Positions 1 through 33,699 of a stretch of 64,000 nt of DNA are shown here, piece by piece. Both the position numbers and the translations under genes were made by a program. The first letter of the stretch is position 1. Each line of letters starts with the position of its first letter. Source of the DNA: the human T2T-CHM13v2.0 reference genome, Homo sapiens; NCBI RefSeq assembly GCF_009914755.1, contig NC_060939.1. The stretch is one strand, 5' to 3'. Under the pieces are notes generated by a model that saw only the letters and a program-made list of their open reading frames with translations, did no database searches and was not told the DNA's origin.

Positions 1-439
1 AGCACTGGAGTCCCCGCTCCTCCCTGAAGACCTATCAGGGCATCTCTGGGACTGTGTTCCTGCTCTCCCTGCTCTGCACGCTCCCCCACCCTACAGTTCC
101 CACGGGGCCAAACTTCGGTCAGAATCACCTTTATTGCACAGCCGCTCTGTACGCCAGGGGCTCATCACACATACAAGGTCGGTGGATTGTCCCCATCTTA
201 CAGATGAGGGAGCGGAGGCAGGGCGTGCAGAAGGGGCCACTCGTGGCCACGGAGCGGGGACTGGCAGGCCCATTGTCGTCAGCGGACTCCTCAGCCCCAG
301 TGCCAGGCAAGGACTAGAGCCATGGAAAGCAGGGACGCTGAGTCCCTGGGGCGTTTGGGGCATCCCCAGCTGACGCATTTGTTGCAGCCTCTAGGGGCAT
401 GGAATAGGCAAAGTGCCCACATGGGGGTGCAAGAACTGA

Positions 440-871
<432 letters not shown>

Positions 872-1789
872 TAAGACAAGCAGTGTTGTGATGACTACAC
901 TATCCTACATCCCTTGGCATGTGGGTGTGTGTAGGATAAATGTTCTGGGCACCAGGCTCCAGCAGGCCCCACGAACAGGACTCTGGGCCTTATGCCAGGA
1001 GGGGGAAGATTCAAAGAGGGCCCCTCACCTGGGTCTGACCCAAACCCACACCAAAGCCAGCAGGTCATCCAGAGCTGATTCCCTGGGAAGCCTGCCCAGG
1101 AACCACCGTCCGTCGGGCTTTCTTATTGTAAGAGCTTTTTTTTTTTTTTCCTCCTTTGGCAGAGCACAGCGCTGGGCTCCAGCCCTGATGCAGAGGTACA
1201 AAGCTCGTCTGGGCAGATTGTTATGCAAATCAAAAGAGGAAGCAGAGCTAGGGGAGCCGAGGAGCTCCTGCTGGGCTCTGCCAGGGAAGAAGCCGCAGTA
1301 GGAGCCCCTACGTAGGCCCTGCAAGAGGCCTGGCGTTCAGGAAAGGGCCCGCTGACCATCCAGTGCAGGGAAAGGAGTCCAGCTCTGGCCTCTGCCCCTC
1401 AGCTCCACCTCCTGCATTCCTAGGAGTTCTCCAGAGGATCTGATGGGAGCTCAGAACCGGTCCCAACAGGTACTGTGACGCGATGGCCATTTTCCTTCCC
1501 TTTACCACTGTGCCCCCCTCCCCCCACTGCAGGGACGTCCCCTGGGGCGTCTCTGTGCCCATGCCCCATTGGGCGCCTCCTCTCAGCCCAGCCCCCTCCA
1601 CACTGTATTGTCTCCTTAGCCGTGAGCTCCATGAGAGCAGGGTGTGCCCAGGTCACTGTTGTCTCCCCAGTGCCCGGCACAGTGCCTGGCACATCATAGA
1701 TGCCCCGTGCTCCTACACCAACGAACTCCCCTGACAGCACCACATCCACGGGGAGCTAGGCCTCAGGGAACAAAGTGGTGCCTGGCTGA

Positions 1790-2203
<414 letters not shown>

Positions 2204-3041
2204 TGAGGCTAATGCAGGCCGTGCTGGGCCTCATGCTCCAGGCCAGCCTGGAAGAGCCCAAAGCCAGTTTCCTTCCAATGCTGCATATATTACCCAGCAT
2301 TCTTAGATGGAAAGTCCAGTTTCTTTTGCTTTTTTTGTGTATGCACTTCAGGAATTTTTTAAGCTAATTGACTGAAGGGCTCATGTGCCTAGGAATAGCA
2401 ATCCTAATAAGCTTTTGCGGAATCTCCCTGGTTTCAGACCAAGGCTGTGAATGTCCCAACTCACTTCTGTTCTTGGTGAGTTTTGCTTGTGTTTGTGAAC
2501 GAGGTGAATTCATTAAACACAGCAGTGGCCCCTGCCCAGTGCTGGCTCCCTACAATGACCACTTCAATTGCACTGACCCAGATGCAATGGATTCCACCGC
2601 AGAAGTGCATTTAACTCAAATGCAAACATAACTGGAAGGTGACACAAGTCCTGAAATCCCTGGTTGTGCAGACTCATCAGTGCCTAGCCACTGGTCACTA
2701 GCATGTTTTCATTTTTCTCCAGCTCCCTCCACCCTTCATGAACGGGGGCTGGAAAATGTGGTCTGCTCTGATAAGGATTTGCGTCAGGCTACTGGCTACT
2801 CAGCAGCCGAGAAGAGCAAGCCTCCAGGCCTCTGCACGCGTGCCTTCTGCCCGGTGAGCCTCTCACTATCGTCCTTCTAAAAGACACTTCAAAAAGAGGC
2901 AAAATCATGCCTTCCATACATATATTAAAAAAAGAATATGTGTCAAATATTTTATTCTACTCCTAAACCAATTTAAGGAAACCAGGCAGATGTTACAACT
3001 GGTTCAAATGAAATCCTAAGAACAGACACATTTAATAATCA

Positions 3042-6760
<3,719 letters not shown>

Positions 6761-7489
6761 TAAATGAAGCCTGTGCCCAGGGCCTGCCAGGCCCCCTGGG
6801 GCTGCCCACAGGGTAAACACAGACCCACACGGAGCCCCACTCCAGGCCTGGTCGAAAAAAATGCTGCTCCAGCTGAAGGCTTGCTCAGAGAAATGACTCA
6901 GCCTGAGCACTCAGATGCAACTTCCACGTTTTATGGACTGAAGGTGCTTTCATAACAGCTGGTGATGATGAGCCAGAGGCGGGCTATAAACAGAGCGGTG
7001 ATCTGGTCCTGAACACTCAGGTCTCAGCCCCCACCCACAAGCAGGGCCTCTGAGGCTGTGGCTTCTCCACACTGGTGCTGCTTTGTGCTGGCAAATAGCA
7101 CAGGCCCCCAAAATGACCTGGAGGCTCCTTAACTGAGGAGGCAGATGAGTGACAGGGCCAGACCTGCAGCCTCAAGGGCCTGGCTGTGCCCTCCCTAGCT
7201 CCCTTGGGCCTGGGAGCCTTCCATGAACCTGTGGCCTGGGACCAAGAGCATGGGGGGCCTAGTGATGTGCCTGGTGGGGAGCGGGGAGTGCTGCCAGCAA
7301 TGACAGTCCCGCTGGGGGGACGTGGTACAGACTCACTGAGACACAGAACCCTGTGAGCAAGGGGGGTTCACTTAATCCTCCCTGAGGACTCAGACAGGTG
7401 GGCTGCAGGCAGTGGGGTAGCCTTGCCTCTCACTCATGCCCACCCACCCATTTGCTCATTCATTCAGACAAGCGTGGATTGAGTATTTT

Positions 7490-12503
<5,014 letters not shown>

Positions 12504-12720
12504 TCAGGTCAAGATCAGGGTGAAGGTGAGAACATCTGTGAGCATTCCTCTTCCAGGCAGAGACTCTACAGAAGCTCTATGAGCATCCCAGGAGGAAGAA
12601 ATTGGAAACGTCATCAAGGAGATACACAAGGTATGATACACTCATACAATGGAAAATGGCCGGACAAATGAAAGAAACAACATCAAAGTGAATTATCATA
12701 AGATACACCAAGCAGGGCCA

Positions 12721-12967
12721 GGGTGGGGCCAGGTCCACCTCTCCTGTTGCCCAATCTTGAAGGTGGCAGAGGACCTTTGAGGCACCTTGCTGGCCCACTG
12801 AGGAGCTGTGGCCGAGGCACACGCCCATCAGGGCTGACTCCTTGCTGGGAACTGGGTCAGGTGGATGGACGTGGTGACGAGCAACAGTGAGGTTTCCCCC
12901 ACATCCTTTCACCTGCCCTGCTGCGTCTGCTGCTGAGTCAGGATCCATCTGGGGAGCCACCGTGGGA
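12721..12967 (+). repeat. Inverted repeat arm A (247 bp, non-Alu)
   Basis: Reverse complement of 14348-14594; 22 mismatches and no indels by manual alignment (about 91% identity). Confidence 0.95.
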
Positions 12968-13035
12968 CACTCTCCCCTATGGGAGAGTGGTAAGGTTCTG
13001 GAGGAACACATGGGACTGGAAATGTTTCTGTGGCC

Positions 13036-13370
13036 ATTTTTATTTTTATTTATTTTTTTAAGACAGAGTCTTGCTCTGTTGCTCAGGCTGGAGTGCAGTA
13101 CTGTGATCTCAGCTCACTGCAACCTCTGCCTGTGGGAGTTCAAGCAATTCTTCTGTCTCAGCCTCCCAAGTAGCTGGGATTACAAGCACCCACCACCACG
13201 CCTGGCTAATTTGTGTATTTTTAGTAGAGATGGGGTTTCACCATGTTGGCTAGTCTGGTGTCAAACTCCCGACCTCAGGTGATCTGCCCATCTGAGACTC
13301 CCAAAGTGCTGGGATTACAGAGCTGAGTGACAGAGTGAGACTCTGTCAAAAAAAAAAAAAAAAAAAAAAA
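13036..13370 (-). mobile_element. Alu (antisense) fused to a short sense Alu 3' end
   Basis: ...gggattacag|agctgagtgacagagtgagactctgtc(A)n junction at about 13320. Confidence 0.85.
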
Positions 13371-13438
13371 GAAAGGAAGGAAGAGAAATAGAAAGAAAGA
13401 AAGAAAAAGAAAGAAAGAAAGAAAAGAAAGAAAGAAAA
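13348..13438 (+). repeat. Poly(A) plus (GAAA)n purine tract
   Basis: Seen directly. Confidence 0.9.
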
Positions 13439-13812
13439 GCTGGAATGAGTCAGGGCAGAATCATAGAATGTCTGGGTGTGAATCCTGGCTTCCCTCCTTT
13501 CCAGTGAAGCAACCTTGGGCGAGTGGCTTGACCACTCTGTGCCTGTTTCCTCACCTGTAGCAGTTAGGAATGCATTTGGCTGCAGGTAACTGCAGAGCTC
13601 CAACCTCCCGCAAAACAGCAGCTTTGTTCATTTCATCTTGAAAAGCTCAGCCATGTGCGGTTGCTGGTTTTGGTTCAGGAGGTCAGAGAGAGGATTCATC
13701 ATCTTTGTCTTTTTTCTTAGAAAAACCTGTTTACCTGAAGACTTCCCCTCAATGTCACTGCCAAAGGGAAGCCTTGCAACCAGGCTGCCGGTTGCACGGA
13801 TCCAACATTTGC

Positions 13813-14005
13813 TCAGTGGGTCTCAGCCTGGGTCAAACTCACACCTCTAAGGGATGTTTGGAAATGTGTGGAGTCATTTTGGGTTGTCACAATGATTTAG
13901 CTGCAATGCATAGAACAGTCTTATATGAAGAATTGTCCTGCCCTAGAAGAAAAAAAAATGTCCCACCCAAATGCCAAAATGTCTGTGCCCCACTGAAAAG
14001 CTCCA
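13813..14005. mobile_element. MER20-like hAT DNA transposon fragment
   Basis: ggatgtttggaaatgtgtggagtcattttgggttgtcacaatga...gaattgtcctgccc. Confidence 0.55.
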
Positions 14006-14347
14006 GCCTCCGTAAGTGGAGGCAGTGAGTAGGGAAGGGCTGAGACAGATGCAGGTCAGGCACCAGCCCTCACTCCTGCCACATCCAGCTTGTAGGGCTG
14101 TGCCAGGGAGCATGGGGATGTGCCCAGGCCAGCGCCTGGCATGAGCACATGTTGGGGTCCCCAAGGCGTGCCTAAGGGGCGCTTTGGCCAGAGCACTGTG
14201 GCAAGGTCTGAGACTGGCAAAGAATGACCCCGGGGACTGAGCAGTGGATGCAGGTGGAAACAGAGTGCCTCTGATTTTCCTCTGACCTTCTTGCCTCTCT
14301 TCAAAGCCTGCCTGGCCCTCGGAGGCTGCCCAGTGCATCATAGTACA

Positions 14348-14594
14348 TCCCACGGTGGCTCCCCAGATGGATTCTGACTCAGCAGCAGACGCAGCAGGGC
14401 AGGCAAAAGGATGTGGGGGAAACCTCACTGTGGCTCATCACCACGTCCATCTGCCTCACCAAGTTCCCAGCAAGGAGTCGGCCCTGATGGGTGTATTCCT
14501 CAGCCACAGCTCCTCAGTGGGCCAGCAAGGTGACTCGAAGGGCCTCTGCCACCTCTAAGATTGGGGAACAGGAAAGATGGACCTGGCCCCACCC
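14348..14594 (-). repeat. Inverted repeat arm B (247 bp, non-Alu)
   Basis: Partner of 12721-12967. Confidence 0.95.
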
Positions 14595-14761
14595 CAGCCT
14601 GCGGGTCACCACCCATGGCGGGACAAGTGAGAAAAGTTGGCCTTGCTCACCGCTGGAGCCCAAACCACAGGTTTCATTTCCCCTTGATAAAGACAATGTT
14701 TGCTATTGTTGCATCTGATGGTAAAAGCAAGTCATATTCACTATCAAAAAGTTTGAAAGGC

Positions 14762-16060
<1,299 letters not shown>

Positions 16061-16121
16061 CTACCCACCCCGGGTCCCCAACCACACTGGGAATCCCCTC
16101 CATGAACGGGAGGAGCCTCTA

Positions 16122-16122
<1 letters not shown>

Positions 16123-16164
<42 letters not shown>

Positions 16165-16174
16165 ACACACACAC
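16123..16174 (+). repeat. (CA)n microsatellite, about 20 perfect units plus an interrupted tail
   Basis: Seen directly. Confidence 0.97.
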
Positions 16175-17202
16175 GGAGACCACAGAGAGAACATGGGCAC
16201 CGTGGGCAACTGTTTGAAAATTTCTGAGCTGCTTCTCAGATAAAGAGAGCACTCTCATCTTCCTTGTCCTTCTCCAGAATCAGCAGAAATCAAGTTTCTC
16301 ACCTTCCAAGCTCAGCCAAGAAATTTCAATTCCAGTGACGACAGAGCTGGTGTGGGGTGGATGGTTCCCATGGGAAGGTGTGGGTCACAGGCTGGGCTCT
16401 TAGTACTGGGAAAGTCCCTAGGCCAAGTCAGAATCCCAGGTGTCCTCCCTGAGCACCTGCTGTGTGCAGGATGCCATGCCAAACATTTTATGAATTAGTT
16501 CATCCCATTCTTGTGACACCTCAGCAGGGGAGGTATCAGTACCCCCATTTAATGGATGAAGAAATGGAGGCCCTGCAAAATTAAGCCACAGGCCAACTTC
16601 CTCATGGATGGATCAAGCATCTGAAGCCAAGAGAGTGGACATGGCCTGTCCAGACTGGGGACCAGCGCAAGGCAAGGTTTATCCTGCTGGGCCAGGCCCG
16701 GCTGCCTCTCTCAGAGGGCACTGGGGAGTTTGCCCTGGACACAGGCTAGGGGCAAAGGCTCACATGGACATGTCGAGTCAGCTGCCAGATCCTGGGCTCT
16801 AGGCCTCCCCAACATCTTCCCAATGCACCCAGCTGACTCCTGGAGTCCAGAAAGTCCAAACTGTAGAAGGTCACCCCAAGCGCCCTGGGACTTCGCACTC
16901 TGCGCTGGCTGACATGTGGGGCTGGAATGGCTTCTTCCACTGGGCGTGTATGTGGGCGTGGGAATGGACACATGTGCTCTGTCTCCCGGCCCAACTGTCC
17001 AGTCACAGGCGACAGCATCTGGGTCTGTGGCAAGTTCAGAGCTCCAGACCTGCCTTCCCCACTGATGCCCTGTGTGACCTGGACCCGGTCTCACTCCCTC
17101 CCTGAGTCCCAGTTGTTCTTCTCTTCTGTGGAATCCTAACCCTGTGATTCCTGAAGGGGAGGGACAGTAAAGACACATTTCTTTCTTTTCTTTTTCTTTT
17201 TA

Positions 17203-18890
<1,688 letters not shown>

Positions 18891-19479
18891 AGCAGACACT
18901 GAAGTCTCTGTAATGGCGAAGTTCCAGACATGTGCCAGGTGGATGGGGACACATCTGAGGATATAGGGACTGCCTGACATTCCTCAGATCATCCCGAACT
19001 GGTGTGCGTCCAGACTGGCTTCACCTCACCTTTGTCACTGTTTGCTAAGCCCTGAGCAGGTCTCTGCTGTATTTCCTCCTGGAGAGTCTTGTTTGGCTGT
19101 GATAGGCGATTCCGCTCCACCCTGTTTCCCAAGACTTCTGGGATGTAGGGCTCCCCACCCAGTGCTGAGGACCAAGGGAAAAGCCTGGTGCTCGAAGAGT
19201 CAGTCAGTGGTTCCAAAACTCCCAGACAATGGCTGCGGGGGAAGACAAAAAGTATTCCTCAGGATCCCAGAATTTTCCTGAAAGCAGGAAAATTGGAGGT
19301 CCCGTAATCCCACCTCTGCCCAGTGCACATATCCTTTCCACAGCCCCTCACCAAATGGCTCGCCAGCTTCCACTTGAATGCCTCCAGAGACGGGGAGCTC
19401 AGTTGGAAAGGATGGAGGTTATAGATATTGTGTGTTTCTTCGTGTTATTATGTAAACTCAAGTTTTCCAAAGTGAAATC

Positions 19480-19900
19480 ATTCATTCCACAACTGTTGAT
19501 GGAGCACCGACTAGGTTCCAGGCACTGTCTAGCCATCAGAGATATAGCAGTGAGAAAAACACAGAAATCCCTGCCCACCACATAGGCCTGACATTCCCAT
19601 GGGGGAAGAAAGGCAATAAACAAGTGAGAGTACTGAGGACGTCCTGTGGCAAAAAGTGCTACGTAGAGAAATGACGTGAGGATGAGGGACGGGGAGTGCT
19701 ATGTTTGCATTTCAACATCCTGCAGTCAGCAAAGGTGATAGTTGAGAAAAGTCCCAAAAGAGATGAGGGAGCTGGGACAAGCAGGTGTCATGGAAGAGAG
19801 GTCCAGGCAGAGGGGTGGCCAGTGCAAAGGCCCTGTGGCAGGAGCGTAGTGGGAGGGAGGGGGAAACAGCAGGAAGGCCAGTGTGGCTGAGCTGGATGTG
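19480..19900. mobile_element. L2 fragment
   Basis: tcattcattcc...gagcacc...ccaggcactgt...tgcaaaggccctgtggcagga, typical of the L2 3' region. Confidence 0.6.
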
Positions 19901-19985
19901 CCAGGTGGTGGACCGTGGGAATGTATAATGAAGGCCGATGGAGCTTACCTAGAAATGTCTTTCATAACACAAGAAACTGGATTTT

Positions 19986-29426
<9,441 letters not shown>

Positions 29427-29801
29427 CTATGGACAAGCTCTAAGGGACCCAGCTATGGGGCACCAGAGCCCAGCGTTCAGCAGCTGCTCAATGAATGTCT
29501 GCCAGGCGAGACTGCACCCAAAGCATTTATTAGGTACATAATTGTGGCAGCACTGGCTGGCCATGGAAGGCAAGGCAGAACACAAGGAGCTGGAGCTGGC
29601 GGAAGGAAGTCATTAAGTCAGCCAGTGGCTGGGATGCAGCAAAGCCAGGCAGAAGGTAAGTGCAGACTCACCCCAATAAATGAGGAAAATGAGAAGGGCT
29701 GGCTGGCCATGTTAGGATCCAGTTCCAGTGCGACCAGATATGTCACCACCACATCACTTTTAGCTCCTCCCCCCACCCACAGACACCCTGTTTGCCTGTC
29801 A

Positions 29802-29807
29802 TATAAA
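29802..29807 (+). promoter_or_regulatory. TATA box of FURIN promoter P1
   Basis: cATATAAAga about 25-30 nt upstream of the P1 first exon; P1 is the known TATA-containing FURIN promoter. Confidence 0.8.
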
Positions 29808-29829
29808 GAAGGTTTTCCCAAAGTGGTTT

Positions 29830-29953
29830 AGCCAGAACTGGAAGGGCCCCGCCCTGTGAAGGGATAGGAGCCTGACTGTTGCAGCTGCAGTGAGTGGCGG
29901 GGAAGCAGCAGCGGCCAGGATGAATCCCAGGTGCTCTGGAGCTGGATGGTGAA
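29830..29953 (+). other. FURIN: FURIN non-coding exon 1 (P1)
   Basis: ...gctggatggtgaa|GTATGG donor; joining to 37178 gives ggtgaaggtcggcactc, matching the FURIN mRNA leader as I recall it; start approximate. Confidence 0.85.
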
Positions 29954-31379
29954 GTATGGACATGCTTTATTCGATTTTGCATTGACTTAAAGGTTTAATT
30001 ATTTTAGGAGTTCTTGTAGACATTCCTGAAAAATGCAGGTAGGCAAAAAGAAGAAAACAAAGATCGCAAATGTGACCCTTTCATTCGGAGAGAACACCAA
30101 TGGAATTTTGTTGTGCACCCTTCTATGCACGTCTGAATGTTGTGTAGACATTCTGCTTACAACTAGGTGTGGGTGCTGCTGCCGAAGGCTTTATTTGCTG
30201 TGCCTGAGGTGGACCAGAGATTTCAGAGAAGACTCCCAGAGCACCCCAAGGAGACAACAGGAGTGCTTGGAGTCAGGATGACTGGGTGGATTTAGGACTA
30301 TGTGATTCTCAGGAGCCTCTCTGGATTAGCCCCAAATCAAGGATAAAGAGAGGCCTAGCTGGACTCTTCCTCCCAGAGCCCTGCTGGGAAAATGGAGCCC
30401 CTTTACAGCCCCCACTTACCCATCAGGCCCTGCTCCTCTCACTCATCTCCAGACTTCTGTCACATGCCCAAGTCCTGCTAACTGCTGTGTAAAACTGGTA
30501 AGGTGGGATCCAGAGGACCTTGGGCCCCTAGGGCCCCAGGTCAGGAGACCTGGGCTCCAGGGCCAGTTGAGAGTGATAAAGAGAACAATACCTGCCCACA
30601 GGACTTGTTGCAATGAGATAAAGGCAGAAGTCACCAGTTGTGGTCAAATGGGATTTTTTTCCAGAGAAGTCTCACAGAGAGTGGCTTTCAAATTCTTTTT
30701 AGCAGCAGAATTGTTGTAAAATACAATCTCATGTGAAACCCTAAAATGTGAGACACTCTGGGTGAAGCAGAGAGAGGTGCTCAACTGCCCAATCCTGTCC
30801 TCATTCCTCCCTCTCAGGGAGGCACCTCTGAGAACCCACTTTAAAGAATTTTGCCTTATGCCAAAGGCAGGATTGAAGAGGCAAGCTGGCTGGAAGAAAC
30901 TGGGAAGCTCCACTTCCCACCGCCTCTGCCTGGGTGGCAGTCATCTGAGCCTAGGCTAGCCCCTCCCCCTCCAAAGACCCACTGCGGGCTCCCCTGGGGC
31001 CAGCCTCCAGGATGGGTGGGGCACCTGAAGCAGCAAGTATTGCTATTTTTCTGGGCTGACCTTTCTTCTAGGCCTGAGGACAAGTGGGTAGGTGGGGCCA
31101 GCCCTGTCCCTGTTTCCCCTCAATGGAGTTCTCTTGCTCACAGCCTAAGGAAGAAGCGTGAGTCACTTCCTGCCTCAGTCTGACTGCTGGAGTATTGTTC
31201 TCCCAACTGTGGCTGGCGCTACCCAGTGTGGCCCCTACAAGTCTTAGTTCCTTGGCGGAGGGGAAGTCCCCACTTTGGGACAAGGCCAACTGGACTTATC
31301 TTCCCGCTCAACTTTGAGGACCCAGCATTGTTCCTCCAGTTTCCAGTTCTTGCAGTGTTTGTAAAGGTGCCCGAATCGT

Positions 31380-32200
31380 ACCTGATCCCATTCACTAAAT
31401 ATTATCTCCATTTTATAGAGGGGTAAATTGAGGAAGTCCCTGAGAAATTAACTTGTCTAAGGTGTCCCAGCAAAAAATAGTGCCCCAGGGATTTGAACCG
31501 GTTTGCTGATTGATTTTTCACCAGTTGCCTTAAGAATTATCATGATTTAACCTCTCTGGGCCTCAGTTTCCTCCTCTATAAAATGCAGACAGTGATACAT
31601 CAAAGGTACTTAAAGGAAAATGTACTGTACCCACCTCATGGGGCATGTGGTGAGGATAAAACGGGTTGACACAGGAAAAGAGCTCTCAATGGTGCCTGGC
31701 TCATAGAAAACACTCAGTGGATTTTTTTTTTCCCATTACCCGGGAACCTGTGTTAAGGAGGCCACAGGCTGATCCTGTGCAGCCAGGTTATCTCACAGGG
31801 AGCGAGAAGAGATGGGCACAGGCTACTCTGCGACCTTGGAATAACCCAGCCTGGGAAGCTCCTGGCCACATTTTCCTTCTTTTCTTTCTCAGCTCAAGCA
31901 GCGTCGGCCTCAGCCAAGTAGCACAAACGTTTTCTAGGGCCCAGGGAGGGAGAGGCTCCGGCTGGTATATTGCAAGTAGCTTGGATTCAGGCTCTGCCAA
32001 ACACCCCAGTCTCTTGCAGGATCTGAGGTCTGCTGGTTGTGGGACTTTGCGCAAATTATTTAAACGTTGTGCGCCTCAGTTTCCTTATCTGTAAAATGGG
32101 ATTAATAATCTCAGCCTGAAAGGATTATGTGGATTAAATCATGTACATAAGAAGGAGATAATGTAAAGTGACTGGCCTGGTGCCTGGCAAGCGGTTGGTG
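31380..32200. mobile_element. MIR fragments in FURIN intron 1
   Basis: cctcagtttcctcctctataaaatg; cctcagtttccttatctgtaaaatggg. Confidence 0.7.
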
Positions 32201-32899
32201 TCTAAAAAGAAAAAAAAGCTAAAAATATTAAAAGGAGGTGGGCTACTTCTGCTCATATATCCACCTGTCTATACAAATGCAGACGAAGTCGTGACTCCTC
32301 TAACAGTAGGCCAAGAGGAGGCTGGTCCTGCCGCCGTGCAGTCCTCCCTCGACCTGGGAGTGGAGGACCCCAGGTCCGCCGTCCCTGGGCACTTAACCCG
32401 GTCAGGCTCAAATTCGTCGCCCAGGAGTGGGGAAGCGGGGGACGGAGAGGGCCAGTCCCCCAAGAGTCCGGCTGAGGCAGGGCTCGGAGTGCCTCCCCCA
32501 AGCCTTTCCCTTTGGTTCCGAGTTCGGGTCTCCGCGGCCGTCTTCCCGGGGAGCTCGCGGGGCGAAGAGCCGAGCCCGGGGGCGGGGGCACGGCAGCGGG
32601 GCCTGAGGGACGCGCCGGGCGGCCGCGAGGACTTTGGGATCGCCTGCCCCACTTCCTACCTGCCCCTACCAGGAGCCGGAGGCAGCGGGCGCCCCAGAAG
32701 GCCCCGCAGGGCCGCCGCGCGGGGCCGGACGCGCTGGGGCCCACGGCGCTGGGAACGCGGGCCCGCAGTCGGGCCCGGGCGGCATGGGCGGCGGGCGGAC
32801 GAGCCGGAGCCGGCGGTGGTGGCGGCGGCGGCGGCCGGGGAAGCGCGGAGGTGGCGCCGCGAGGGGGAGGGGCGCGGCGGCGGAGGAGGAGGAGCCCGG

Positions 32900-33202
32900 G
32901 CCGCTGCCGCCGCCGCCGCCGCCGCCGCTGACAGCGGCCCGAGTAAACAAGCCGCGCCGCCGCGGCCCGGCCGCTGCCCCCGCCCGCGCCGGAGCTGGAG
33001 CCCAGGCCGAGCCCTGCCCTGGTCGCCGGCCGGGCCGAGGCCGCGCCGCCGCGCCTCCCCGCCTCCGCGCCGTGACGCTGCCGCCGGGCGCGGGGACCGC
33101 GCCGAGCCCAGGCCCCCGCCGCCGGGCTCTCCGCTCGGCCGAGGGGCGCCCGAGCCGCCGCGGCGGTCGCCTGGAAAAGTTTCCCCGCCAGGGCTCCCCA
33201 GG
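32900..33202 (+). other. FURIN: FURIN alternative non-coding first exon (upstream CpG-island exon)
   Basis: Consensus donor CCAGG|GTAAGT at 33202/33203; 5' boundary unknown. Confidence 0.7.
32906..32926 (+). repeat. (GCC)7 trinucleotide repeat in the FURIN CpG island
   Basis: Seen directly. Confidence 0.95.
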
Positions 33203-33699
33203 GTAAGTAGCGAGGGCGCGGGGCCCGGGGCCCGGGGAAGGCAAGCGCGTCTGGGAGCCGGGCCCGAGGGGAGCCGGCCGGGCCGGGCCGTGGAGCTCTG
33301 CCCCAGGAGCGGGCTCCGCGGCCCGGGTGCTCGGGCCGGGGAGGGTCGGGGCACTGGCGCCGGTGCAGCCCTGACCCGGGTCCCCCGGGGCCCGGCTGCC
33401 CGCCGGCTTTCCGGAACTGGCCCCGGGGCCGGCCCCGAGGGTGGAGCTGCCGGGAGCAGACAGGGCGCTCCGCAGCCCACCTGAGCGCGCCGGGCCCGTC
33501 TCGGCCCCCCGGCCGTGGCTGGTACTTTTCCGCGTGGGGCCAGGGCGAGCCCTCTGACCTCAGGAAGCGCCTGCGGGGCCCCTGCTGGGGGCGGGATGGG
33601 GAGAAAATTCCGCAGGCGCCGGGTGCTCCAGCCTCCCCGCCGCCACCGGGGCTGCCGCCGGCTCGCCCACTCCGCGGCCGAGGAGGGCCTGCGTTCCGC

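Noticed and set aside
12577-14558. Paralogous ORF pair (MD[P/S]DSAADAAGQ...) suggesting a duplicated small gene
   Set aside because: The similarity follows from the DNA inverted repeat; arm B has a stop where arm A reads on, and no protein family is recognisable.
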